Assembly: GCF_006345805.1 (NCBI RefSeq)
Contig: NC_043019.1
Coordinates: 5,145,360-5,209,359 of the forward strand
Length of the DNA: 64,000 bases
Origin: Octopus sinensis
Lineage: Eukaryota
Reading direction: 5' to 3'
The translations under genes and the position numbers were made by a program. Below are positions 25,401 through 35,737 of the stretch, in pieces. The notes below the pieces were generated by a model that was not told the origin of the DNA, did no database searches, and worked only from the letters and a program-made list of their open reading frames with translations. How positions within the stretch are numbered: position 1 is the first letter of the stretch; each line of letters begins with the position of its first letter.

Positions 25401-28400
25401 CCCTTACAAACCCGAGCAACGCCAGGCGATACTGCTAGTGTTGGACAATATAGTTCTAGGGGATCCCTAAAAAGACAGTGGCTGACAACATGTGTATCTC
25501 TGAGCAGGAGCTGTAGGGAAGCATCATAGCCATGTGTTGAGAGGGATTCTTTGGGGTTTGAATTATTCACCCTGGGAAACATGGGTGTTTTGTTCATCAT
25601 CCTCAAACAACCCTTATTTAGGGACCTTTTGAGTGAGATGGGCTTCTCAACCTGAAGAAAATTGTAACTGTGCCCCACCTGCAAGGTTATGTACTGTTAA
25701 TCTTGATATGAGGTTACCATGTCACACACACAGGGTTGTGATGCATGTGCCTGGTGTACCCTTATCAGACGGGTAGTCGTGATGGGTATATTGGGCTTTG
25801 TATAGTTGTACCCCAGAGTCACTTTTAGGGCATGTGCTGCTCTCTCACTCAATAATGATAATAATCCTTTCTACTATAAGCACAAGGCCTGAAATTTGGG
25901 GGTTGTGGCAGGGCGGGGGGGGGGGGCTAGTCAATTACATTGATCCCAGTGTATAACTGGTACTTAATTTATTGACTATGAAAGGACAAAAGTCGAAGTT
26001 GACCTCGGTGGAATTTGAACTCAGAACATAGTGATGGGCGAAATACCTATTTCTTTACTACCCACAAGGGGCTAAACACAGAGAAGACATACAAGGACAG
26101 AAAGATTAAGTCAATTATATCGACCCCAGTGCATAACTGGTACTTATTTAATTGACCCCGAAAGGATGAAAGGCAAAGTTGACCTCGGAAGAATTTGAAC
26201 TCAGAACGTAGCAGCAGACGAATTATGGCTACGCATTCCGCCCGGCGTGATAACGTTCCTGCCAGCTCGCCACATTTGGGCGAAATACCACTAAGCATTT
26301 TGTCCAGTATGCTAATGATTCTGCCAGCACGCTGCCTTCACTTTAATAATAATAAGAAGAAGAAGGAGGAGGAGGAGGAGGATTGTTTATTTAACAGTTT
26401 GAACAATATTTTAACAGCTCATCTATCTTTTCCAAGATCAAACTGTAAAACGAAAACAGCTGCGTAAACCCAGAAATTGAAAAATATAAACAAGGAAATC
26501 CCGCATTCCTGTTTTGATAGAATAACATTGTCAGTTTCAATTTCATAACTTGTAAAAGGAAAAAGAAAGAAAGAAAAAGAAGTATATATTTCTTTATTAC
26601 CCACAAGGGGCTAAACATAGAGGGGCCAAACAAGGACAGACAAACGGATTAAGTCAATTATATCGACCCCAGTGCGAAACTGGTACTTTATTTATCAACC
26701 CCGAGAGGATGAAAGGCAAAGTTGACCTCGTTGGAATTTGAACTCAGAACGTAACGACAGACAAAATACCGCTAAGCATTTTGCCCAGCACGCTAACATT
26801 TCTGCCAGCTCGCCACCTCAAGAAAAAGAAGTATATTTAATCAAACAGTTTGATTAAATGGAGGATCAGAATGGAAATCGATCAATGGAAATTGCAGATG
26901 TGTTACCAGTGCCGGTGGCATGTAAGAGAACCTTCCGTTTCGCGACCGTTGCCAGCACTGCCCCGTTTCGTGTCTGTTGCCAGCCTCGCCTGGCCCTTGT
27001 GCCGGTGGCACATAAAAAGCACCATCCGTTCGTTGGCCGTTTGCCAGCTCTGTCTGGCACCTGTGCGGGTGGCACGTAAAAAGCACCCACTACACTCACG
27101 GAGTGGTTGGCGTTAGGAAGGGCATCCAGCCGTAGAAACACTGCCAGATTTGACTGGGCCTGATGAAGCCTTCTGGCTTCACAGACCCCAGTAGAACCGT
27201 CCAACCCATGCTAGCATGGAAAACGGACACTAAACGACGATGATGATGATGATGATGATGAGTTTTGTGTAAATGTGATGAAATTCACCTGTCTTTTTTT
27301 TATTCATTCCTCCAGGGCATGATGTTAGCAATTCACAAATATATTTGTCCTCGTGCATTTTGAGCACTGAAAGTGTAGATTCAGAATATTTTCTGAGAAC
27401 GTGCACTTTCGGGTGTTTTACATGTTTTTTATACATTTTTTTTTCATTTTGCAGGATGAATGGACACCTTTGCACTGGGGCGCTGAAAACGGTAATTTTG
27501 AATTGGTGAGATTGTTGGTAAATAATGGTGCCAAGACCAATGTCGTTAGTAAGGTAGGGTAGGATTTCTTTTGTTGCTGGTTCTTTGTATTTCTACCTCA
27601 TTATCATCATCGTTATGTCTGTTAATCCTTTCATAAACTTTAAGGGTCCACAATGTGAAGGTTTAAATCTAGGTTTCCTAGTATTGAGCACATGAAAAAG
27701 AAATCTCTCCCTAAATAGGGAGTAAGTCTGTGTTTTATCTTTTACTTGTTTCAGTTATTAGACTGTGGCCATGCTGGGGCACTACCTTGAAGAAATTTTA
27801 GTCAAATGTATCAACTTTAATACTTATTATTTTAAAACCCTGGTAATTATTCTATGAGCCTCTTTTGAGACCTAGGTTGGGAAGCAAACTTCTGACCGTG
27901 CAGTTTCACTTGTATGTGTATTCAATGTGTATACGCATTGTATACACATACATATAAAAATAATAATAAATGCGCCCTTTTAAAGCCTAGCCAGGCTCAT
28001 GGGCCCAGTTTCCCGGTTTCTATGGCGTATGTGTTCCCCAGCTGAATGGGACGCCAGTCCATCGCAGCGTTACCCATTTTTGCCAGTGAGTGGACTGGAG
28101 CAACATGAAATGAAATGTTTTGCTCAAAAACACAACACGTCCCCCTGTCCAGGAATCGAAACCACAATCTTACGATCATGATGCTGACACCCTAATCACT
28201 AAGCCATGCACCTCCACATACACATATATATTTCTGTATTATATACACATGTTTCGATTCTATTTTCAGGCCCTAATGACCCCTTTGACATTGTCTGTGG
28301 TAAAAAGACATTTGTCAATCACAAAATATCTTCTGATGATGGGAGCTGGACTGGATATTATTGAAAACTCAGAAAAGGTAAAAATCAAAAAAAAAATTTT

Positions 28401-31400
28401 TTTTTAACCTGTGGTATATTAGCCTGGGTGGGGTGGGGGTACTATTTCCCCTCTAGATTTTGTCTTTTACATGATGCATGTGGCTGTCAAGTTTAGATTT
28501 TCAGAACATGTATTTAACAAATCATATTTCCAATATCACAAATTTGTGTGCTGTGGGGAGAGCCATTTGGAATGTCTCAAGTGAAGCACAAATGCATTTC
28601 TTTTATAACCTGCTTCCTATTAATGCTGATCCTTAGTAGTTTATCTTTATTGTTTGATAAGAGTCTCTAAAGAAGTATTAGTACCATCATCATTGCCATT
28701 TAACCCTTTCATTACCAACCTGGCTGAAACCACCTCTGGCTCAGTAGTACAAATGTCTTATTTTCAAAAATCTTGAATTAAAATCTCCCACCAAATCTTA
28801 GTCACAATTTAAGTTCCTAACACTAGCTGAATGATAACTAAGTTATTTTACTAAATTCTTTGTTATATTTAAAGTAAGTGAAAGAAACACAGAGCATCTC
28901 AACAGAAATACGGTAACAAAAGGGTTAATGTCCGTTTTCCATGATGGCATGGGTTGGAGTTTCGGCTAATGTACCCTCCAGCCTTCATCAGGTGTCTTGG
29001 GGAAGTTTTGAACCTGGGTTCTCATTCCTAATGTATTTTTCAATGATGTTATTATTATTCAGGTCACTGCCTGGAATCAAACTCAGAATCTTGGGGTTAG
29101 TAGCCACGCTCTTAACCCCAAGATTCCGAGTTCAATTCCAGGCAGTGACTTGAATTATAATAACATAGAAAAATACCTTAGGAATGAGAATCCAGGTTTG
29201 AAATTTCCCCAAGACACCTGATGAAGGTTAGAGGGTATATCAGTCAAAATGTTGGGCTAACAACAAAGATGAGGACAAATATCCATCAAATGTAAATAAC
29301 GTACACAATTCTTTTGTTAAAAAATGTATTTTAGTGACACGGGCAGTATTAGTACTGAGCAGTAATACTTGTCTCCACCTAAAAGTAGATGTTCTGTTAG
29401 AACAAACTATTACCATGATAGTTATGAGAAAATTTCATTTTGGCGTCTGCCGTCACGTTCTGAGTTCAAATTCTGCCGAGGTCGATTTTGCCTTTCGTGG
29501 TTGATAAATAAAGTACTCATTACACACTGGGGTCAATGTAATCGACTTAATCTCTTTGTCGCTCCTAGTTTGTCCCCTCTATGTTTAGCCCCTTGTGGGC
29601 AATAAAGAAATGAGAAACTCTCATCTTGGGATTTGGTGCAAAATAGTCTTGGTTATGTTGCTAACAAGGTTTTTAGCAAGGCATCAAATCCCTGCTGTCT
29701 CCTGTGCAGGTTGTTCAGCAAGAAATTGTAGAACTGTCTTTCTTGGCCTACAAGAGAAGTACCATCATAATATAGGCCTTTCTGTTGAATCAGTCCTCAC
29801 TATTTTGGCAAGTTTACTGAAGAGGTCTAACAAGACCGAAACATGATCTGGAAGGTTGAAATCACATGATCTGGTGGTCACAGTGCTGGAGATGGAGGTG
29901 GGGATTTATCTTCCTGCTGGTGATATAAACAAGAATTTATCTACCGTAGTATAGTTTGTTCTTGCAAGATCCCACCTTATTCTGTCACCTTCCTATGACA
30001 CTAAGCAACCAATTTCGAAGCAATTGTATCTTTATTAAAACTTTCTTTCACATGCGATGAAGTCGAAGGATGTGTAATGAAAGAACTTTGCTAGACATAT
30101 AAACTCAAATTAATGATAGTTATTTTACTCTCGGAGTGGTTGGCATTAGGAAGGGCATCCAGCTGTAGAAACTCTGCCAGATCAAGATTGGGGCCTGGTG
30201 CAGCCATCTCGTTCGCCAGCCCTCAGTCAAAATTGTCCAACCCATGCTAGCATGGAAAGCTGACATTAAACGATGATGATGATAATGATTTTACTAAATC
30301 GCTCCAAATTAATTATTTTTTTCAAAATTGATTAAACTTTGTTGAGTATTTCATTGAAAATATTGTCATAAAAGAAACAAAACCATTTTTAATTTCTACT
30401 GAAATTAAATTCTCCATTTGTCTTTATTGATGTTCTCTTTGTTTTTTTTATATTATTTTTTCACACACCAGAAACCTGTCAGTTTTTCATCATTGCTGTT
30501 GGAACCAAACCTCTTGAAGGAACACAATACCGAAGTCTTACAACTTGTAGACATAATGATGGAGAATGGTTGCGATCTGTGGTTGGAAAGGAAAACGTTG
30601 CTTTCCAAACAGCCAGCAGCCAATTCTCTTGCCGAACAGCTCCATCGTATTCTAGTGTCTCACCTATCCACTCCACCAACTCTTCAAGAGATCTGCCGCT
30701 TTTTCTTAAGACAGCATTTACATCACCATTATCAAAAACCACCGAAGCAAATTAAAAAAGAACGGCTGCACTGCCACCATAAACTGTATATTGACAAAGT
30801 CATCGCTCTTGAAGTACCGAAACACCTCGAAGACTTCATACTAACACGCTCAGAGAGAATCCAAATTGCATGCAGAGCCAAAAAGCCACCGAAAACCCCT
30901 CCACCCATGTTGCCACCACCATCAGATTCAGTAAAAACAAAAACAAATAAACCATCAAAACCACAGAATAATTCTGTGAAACCTAAATCAGGTAATATTA
31001 TTAATTTAAAGAAAAATGGTGCCACTTTCTCATCAGGGAAAGAAATGGCTAAATTAGAAGAAACTCATAAAAGCCAGGGGAAGTCTGCAAAATGGAAAAA
31101 TTCTAAGTGGAATTCTTACCCCAACCAAAACATGGTCCCTCCCCATGTAGTAAGAAACCCCAACTGTAGAACTCCTTTATTGAACGATCCAGTCCCTAGA
31201 AACCCTGTTTCTCAACCTTTACTTTCCAAACCTATGTATCATGGGACAAGACAAAATAAATTTTCCAACAGGAATCCAGCCATGGCGATGCGAGACATGC
31301 CAGATCAGGCTTTTGCTCCAGTTCCCCAGCAAAGAGTACGACGACTGATCAGGTTTTCTGACAACAGTATTCTAGAGTGTCACCTGCCGGAACCTAACGC

Positions 31401-31443
31401 GACTCACAAAAAACGGTCTTGGCGTTCAAATAAACAGTTTTAA
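17089..31443 (+). CDS. Ankyrin-repeat and SOCS-box protein (ASB-like), 7 exons, 526 aa
   Basis: join(17089-17190,19388-19489,23029-23127,24909-25007,27455-27553,28270-28377,30472-31443). All introns are GT-AG and phase 0, and the frame is continuous. Confidence 0.88.
17256..17505. repeat. Tandem duplication, two ~126-bp units, in ASB intron 1
   Basis: aaatccagccccca...gtaccaggagggatttgcaaataga starts at 17284 and again at 17410. Confidence 0.9.
18205..18435 (+). mobile_element. SINE family B with atatatttatg target-site duplication
   Basis: Family B sequence with a matching direct repeat on both flanks. Confidence 0.85.
19388..19489 (+). CDS. ASB-like exon 2 (YGTTLLQEAVTQAHVEMARVLIQYGKADLDAQND)
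   Basis: tttag acceptor, gtaagt donor; ankyrin repeat. Confidence 0.9.
19690..20000 (-). mobile_element. tRNA-derived SINE family D
   Basis: Reverse complement of the element at 49831-50140. Confidence 0.8.
21345..21890 (-). mobile_element. Composite of SINE family C nested in a family B-like SINE; inverted duplicate of 31600-32145
   Basis: Shares the same nesting junction and the same aattacttaatt micro-duplication as the 31.6-kb copy. Confidence 0.85.
22285..22697 (+). mobile_element. SINE family A
   Basis: Full copy. Confidence 0.9.
23029..23127 (+). CDS. ASB-like exon 3 (DGKTALHIASRAGQEALVDLLLEAGAKVNIQCL)
   Basis: ttcag acceptor, gtgagt donor; canonical ankyrin repeat. Confidence 0.95.
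23344..23578 (+). mobile_element. SINE family B with tatggacatat target-site duplication
   Basis: Family B sequence with matching flanks. Confidence 0.85.
24054..24620 (+). mobile_element. Tandem Tc1/mariner-like non-autonomous fragments
   Basis: A ~190-bp unit beginning tattggg(t/c)gtc..gaaagttc.tgccgattt occurs at ~24054 and ~24432, each preceded by TA; the terminus is mariner-like from memory. Confidence 0.6.
24909..25007 (+). CDS. ASB-like exon 4 (DETTSLHLAMWKSKANVVEKLIGAGANPNLRDQ)
   Basis: tgcag acceptor, gtgaga donor; ankyrin repeat. Confidence 0.95.
25138..25438 (+). mobile_element. Helitron-like element
   Basis: TC start, 3' hairpin, CTAG end. Confidence 0.8.
26850..27260 (+). mobile_element. 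RTE 3' UTR (5'-truncated copy) with (GAT)n tail
   Basis: ggttggcgttaggaagggcatcc...ccatgctagcatgg...gatgatgat, as in the 2532-3140 UTR. Confidence 0.85.
27455..27553 (+). CDS. ASB-like exon 5 (DEWTPLHWGAENGNFELVRLLVNNGAKTNVVSK)
   Basis: tgcag acceptor, gtaggg donor; TPLH ankyrin repeat. Confidence 0.95.
28270..28377 (+). CDS. ASB-like exon 6 (ALMTPLTLSVVKRHLSITKYLLMMGAGLDIIENSEK)
   Basis: ttcag acceptor, gtaaaa donor; ankyrin repeat. Confidence 0.9.
28704..28924 (+). mobile_element. piggyBac-like MITE family 1
   Basis: TTAA-CCC...GGG-TTAA termini. Confidence 0.85.
28959..29310. mobile_element. Head-to-head inverted pair of hammerhead-SINE copies
   Basis: The left arm (minus) has the core CTGATGA-a-GGCTG..TAGCC-GAAAC. 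The right arm (plus) has a decayed core CTGATGA..CAGTC-AAAAT. The junction lies inside the tRNA head. Confidence 0.8.
30472..31443 (+). CDS. ASB-like terminal exon: SOCS box (about 30670-30843) plus ~200-aa basic, Pro/Asn-rich tail
   Basis: Polypyrimidine tract then cag acceptor. BC box TPPTLQEICRFFLRQHL and Cul5-box-like VIALEVPKHLEDFIL; stop TAA at 31441-31443. Confidence 0.88.
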   Translation, partial: KPVSFSSLLLEPNLLKEHNTEVLQLVDIMMENGCDLWLERKTLLSKQPAANSLAEQLHRILVSHLSTPPTLQEICRFFLRQHLHHHYQKPPKQIKKERLHCHHKLYIDKVIALEVPKHLEDFILTRSERIQIACRAKKPPKTPPPMLPPPSDSVKTKTNKPSKPQNNSVKPKSGNIINLKKNGATFSSGKEMAKLEETHKSQGKSAKWKNSKWNSYPNQNMVPPHVVRNPNCRTPLLNDPVPRNPVSQPLLSKPMYHGTRQNKFSNRNPAMAMRDMPDQAFAPVPQQRVRRLIRFSDNSILECHLPEPNATHKKRSWRSNKQF

Positions 31444-31599
31444 TTTATTCAAATGTGAAAACGAAAAAAAACGCAGTAAAGAAATATTGCAGTGTTGTTG
31501 TTGATGTTATTATTTAAGGCAGCGAAGTGGTTGAATGCTCCGTGGCATTTTGCCTGTCTTTACATTAAGCTCAAATTCCACTGAGCCCAACTTTGCCGT

Positions 31600-32145
31600 T
31601 CATACTTTCAGGGTCAATAAATTAAGTAATTAAGTACCAGTGGAACAATGGGATCGATTTAATCAACTCATCTCTTCCACCAAAATTTCAGGCCTTGTGC
31701 CTATAGTAGAAAGGATTATTATTATTATTATAAGGTGGTGAGCTGGCAGAATTGTTAGCACGCCGAGCAAAATGCTTAGCGGTATTTCATCCATCTTTAT
31801 GTTCTCACTAGTGAAGGCGCATGGCTCAGTGGTTAGAGCGTAGAGCTTATGATCGTGAGGTTGTGAGTTCGATTCCTGGACTGGGCTGCGTGTTGTGTCC
31901 TTGAGCAAGACACTTTATTTCACGTTGCTCCAGTTCACTCAGCTGTAGAAATGAGTTGCAACATCACAGGTGCCAAGCTGTATCGGCCCCTTTGCCTTTC
32001 CCTTGGATAACATCAGTGGTATGGAGAGGGGAGGCTGGTATGCATGGGCGACTGCTGGCCTTCCACAAACAACCTTGCCTGGACTTGTGCCTCGGAGGGT
32101 AACTTTCTTGGTGCAATCCCATGGTCATTCATGACCGAAGGAGTC
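31600..32145 (+). mobile_element. Composite SINE C/B segment downstream of the ASB stop; inverted duplicate of 21345-21890
   Basis: See 21345-21890. Confidence 0.85.
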
Positions 32146-32830
32146 TCCTCCTATGTTCTGAGTTCAAATTCAATACAAAGTTATTACCAGTTCAGGTATG
32201 CTTGGATCATATTCAAACCTGTAAGAAAGCCATTCTGTGTTCTACATGGCTTTTTTACAAATTCAAATATGCTCCAAGCATATTTGAAATGGTAACAACT
32301 TCATATTTTATACACCCTGTAATCTTGATAATACTAAAACTCTAGGGATGTTTGTGTGTAACTGAAATATTACAGAAATGGTATATTATTCTCTCTGTAC
32401 TCTTTTACTTGTTTCAGTCATGTGACTGTGGCCATGCTGGAGCAATTGTGGACCAGGTGGCATGTTGTGTTCTGGAGTAAAATACTTCATCTCACATTGC
32501 TCTGCAATCTCTTTGACACCTGATGTGTGCACCTGTTCAGGCAACATTGATTTGGTGGAGAAAACGAGCAAATGTACAGCTCAAACATTTGATCAACATA
32601 AATTATTTGTGCAGGTTGTTCAGCAAGAAATTGTAGAACTGTCTTTCTTGGCCTACAAGAGAACTACCATCATTGGTTTAAAGGTGACACCTGCTCCCTT
32701 TTCTTTTTGATCCTACAATATGTTGCTTAGCCCAGGTTAGCACCTGATGGGGCAGTTTGATCAAAGGCATTCCAGTCTTTAGTAGTAAATCCCAGACTGA
32801 AGTAATATAGTTTGAGAAAATAATTACAAC

Positions 32831-33072
32831 TTGTACATTATTTACATTTGACGAATATTTGTCCTCATCTTGTTTGTTGTTAACACAACGTTTCGGCTGA
32901 TATACCCTCCAGCCTTCTTCAGGTGTCTTGGAGGAAATTTCGAACCTAGGTTCTCATTCCTAAGGTATTTTTTGATGTTCTTCTTCTTATTATTGTTCAG
33001 GCAGCTACCTGGAATTGATCTCGGAATTTTGGGGTTAGTAGCCTGCGCTCTTAACCACTACGCCATATGCCC
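32831..33072 (-). mobile_element. tRNA-headed SINE-like element carrying a hammerhead ribozyme
   Basis: Minus strand: gggcatatggcgtagtggttaagagcgc (A box)...gagatcaattcc (B-box-like)...then the hammerhead core and an A-rich tail. Confidence 0.8.
32882..32927 (-). ncRNA. Minimal type I hammerhead ribozyme motif
   Basis: GACAC-CUGAAGA-A-GGCUG(gagggtatat)CAGCC-GAAA-CG-UU-GUGUU. Stem I is 5 bp, stem II is 5 bp and stem III is the palindrome AACGUU. Activity untested. Confidence 0.72.
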
Positions 33073-33514
33073 AATAATATACATAATTCTTCATCTCTTA
33101 AATATAGAACTGAATTGTGACTTCTCCCTAGAAATGATAATGATGTCAGACACGATGACGAGGGTTTCAATTGATCTGATCAACAGAACTGGCTGCTTGT
33201 GGAATTAGCGAGCAAGTGGTTGAGTACTCCACAGTCAGGTCCACTCTGAATGTGGTTCTCAAGGGGATTTAGTATGACAAGGCTGCCCTTTGAAATACAG
33301 ATACAACTAATTTTTTGTCAGCTGAGTGTACTGGAGCAATGTGAAATAAAGTGTCTTGCTCAAGGACACAATGTACTGTCGGGTGTCTTAACTCATAACC
33401 ATGTGATTGTGTGCCTAACGCCCTAACCGCTAAGCCACGCACCTCCACATACTCCTAGAAATAAATATCTTGTAGTAAACTTCAGTCCTGTCTGGGTGGC
33501 AGAAATGTAAACAA

Positions 33515-33930
33515 AGTGGCGAGCTGGCAGAAACGTTAGCACGCCGGGCGAAATGCTTGGTGGTATTTCGTCTGTTGGTACGTTCTGAGTTCAAATTTCG
33601 CTGAGGTTGACTTTGCCTTTCATCCTTTAAGGATCGATAAATTAAGTACCAGTTACACACTGGGGTCAATGTATTCGACTTAATCCATTTGCCTGTCCTT
33701 GTTTGTCCTCTCTATGCTTAGCCCCTTGCGGGTAGTAAAGAAATAGGTATTTTGTCTGCAGTTACGTTGTGAGTTCGAATTCCACCGAGGTTGACTTTGC
33801 CTTTCATCCTTTCAGGGTCGATAAATTAAGCACCAGTTACACACTGGGGTCGACATAATCGACTTAATCCCTTTGTCTCTCCTTGTTTGTCCCCTCTATG
33901 TTTAGCGCCTTGTGGGAAATAAATAAATAA
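33515..33930 (+). mobile_element. SINE family B, tandem copies
   Basis: Two successive family B bodies. Confidence 0.85.
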
Positions 33931-34124
33931 GAAATGTAGACAAAGCCTCTCATTTGAAGCAAAAGATTTGAATTAAATCCAAGAGAAAGTGCGTCTGAAG
34001 ATCTTTCAAAGATAAGTATGGTTGTGGTTGCCTCTCTGTGTGTGCATATAAAACTGAATGATTTTTGTTGGTCATGGAATCCCTGCAGCATGGGCAACAC
34101 AATACCAATTGGCACTGTATGTGA

Positions 34125-34570
34125 CTGGTACCCCGGGCTGATATTTCATTTGGCCAGTTGGTACTATATGGCTCAGAAACCTGGACGTTATCAAAGAAGC
34201 TTGAGAGGCGGTTGGATGGAACCTACACTCGCCTCCTTATGAGAGCTGAAAATCTCTCGTGGAAGCGTCATCCAACCAAAATGCAAATATATGGGAAACT
34301 ACCACCTGTGTCATCTCTTGTGAAAGGTAGGAGAGTCCAGTTTGCTGGACATTGTTACAGAGCTGAAAACAAGGTAATTTCTACTCTTCTCCTCTGGAAG
34401 CCATCTGCTCACGATACCAGAGGGCGCACACTCTCCTACCCTGATGTAATCTCCAGGGATACAGGCATCCAGCAACAGGACCTCCATAGTGCTATGATGG
34501 ACCGTAAAGTCTGGCGTAGCATAGTAAATTCCATTGTCTCGACCACGGGCGAACAATGATGATGATGATG
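34125..34570 (+). mobile_element. RTE LINE 3' fragment (third family) with (GAT)n tail
   Basis: VLYGSETWTLSKKLERRLDGTYTRLLMRA...RRVQFAGHCYRA. The same family occurs at 45925, 61290 and 63320. Confidence 0.9.
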
Positions 34571-35044
34571 GTATACTGGCAAAGCATCTTATATGCAGTC
34601 AGCCAAAAGACCCCCAGTAATTTTACACAATCATCACACACTCACACATGCACAAACAAAATGTTGCCATTCTGTTCCTGCTGACAATTTGTTTCCTGAA
34701 TGTAGGAAACTCAGTTAAAATACAGAAAACTGTTTAAAACGGCAGTTTTATTGATTAAAAACAAAGTTTGAAGAACAAAAAGTTATATAAAAAAACCAAC
34801 TAAATTGTGAAAATTCTTTTTACAGGGTTTGGAGAGAATCAATTTATGGAAAAACAATTGTTTGGAATCAAAATGGGGCCATTTCATTTAAGAATTTATT
34901 ATCGTTGCGGGGAGGGAAGTGTGTGTGTGTGTTTTCTTTGTAACAAGAGATAGATTTCATTCTGTTACTAGAATTCTTGGGAAACTCTAGTAAAGTTTTA
35001 CACCATTTTTGCCACTGCAAAGGTTCTAAAATAAATTCTCAACC

Positions 35045-35204
35045 ATCAGTTTACATTCGATGGATTTTTGTCCTCATCTTGTATGTTGTTAACACAACAT
35101 TTCGGCTGATATACCCTCCAGCCTTCTTCAGGTGTCTTGGAAGAAATTTAGAACATGGATTCTCATTCCTAAGGTATTTTTTGATGTTCTTATTATTATT
35201 ATTG
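35045..35204 (-). mobile_element. Hammerhead-SINE copy, head truncated
   Basis: Same body; core CUGAAGA-A-GGCUG..CAGCC-GAAA-UG-UU-GUGUU. Confidence 0.8.
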
Positions 35205-35737
35205 TAAACCGCACCCCATCCCCATACATTCTAACAACGAATCTAGTGGCCCCTAATTAGGAGGTTGGCCATGATGGTGAAAAGGGACATTTAGTTTACC
35301 ATTCATACAATTTGTTGTAGTTGGCTGGAGAACCAGGGTAGACCTATAATCAAAAATGTGCCAGCCACGATCCTGTTCTTCCTTCAAGTACTGACTAACT
35401 AAAAGTACATTATTCACCATGTCCTTCCATTTTCAAAGACAGTAGGACGCAATTTGAGGAAGGTTTGGTTGTTATTTCTAGCAACCCCTACATAAAGAGT
35501 CCCTCTTTGACCCCAAGGATACTATGTTAGGCATCACCAGTGAGTGATGTGGTTCCAGAGTTACTCCCCCTATATTTCTCCTCCCATTCATAACAAGGAC
35601 CTCAGTTGTCAACAGAGTGCTGGTTGCCAATAACTAATTACAAACCCTTCGACAGGCTGAGGGGAAGAGGACCTTGAACCAAGCCAAACTTAAGGCCCAC
35701 ATAATATATTAAAATCATTCTAAAAATTTGACCCCTT

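Noticed and set aside
29780-30090. Possible BEL/Pao integrase remnant on the minus strand
   Set aside because: Only scattered 3-4 residue resemblances across several frames; too weak to call.
30418-30471. N-terminal MSLLMFSLFFLYYFFTHQ of the 341-aa ORF as a signal or TM segment
   Set aside because: It is the intron polypyrimidine tract; the exon starts after the AG at 30470-30471.
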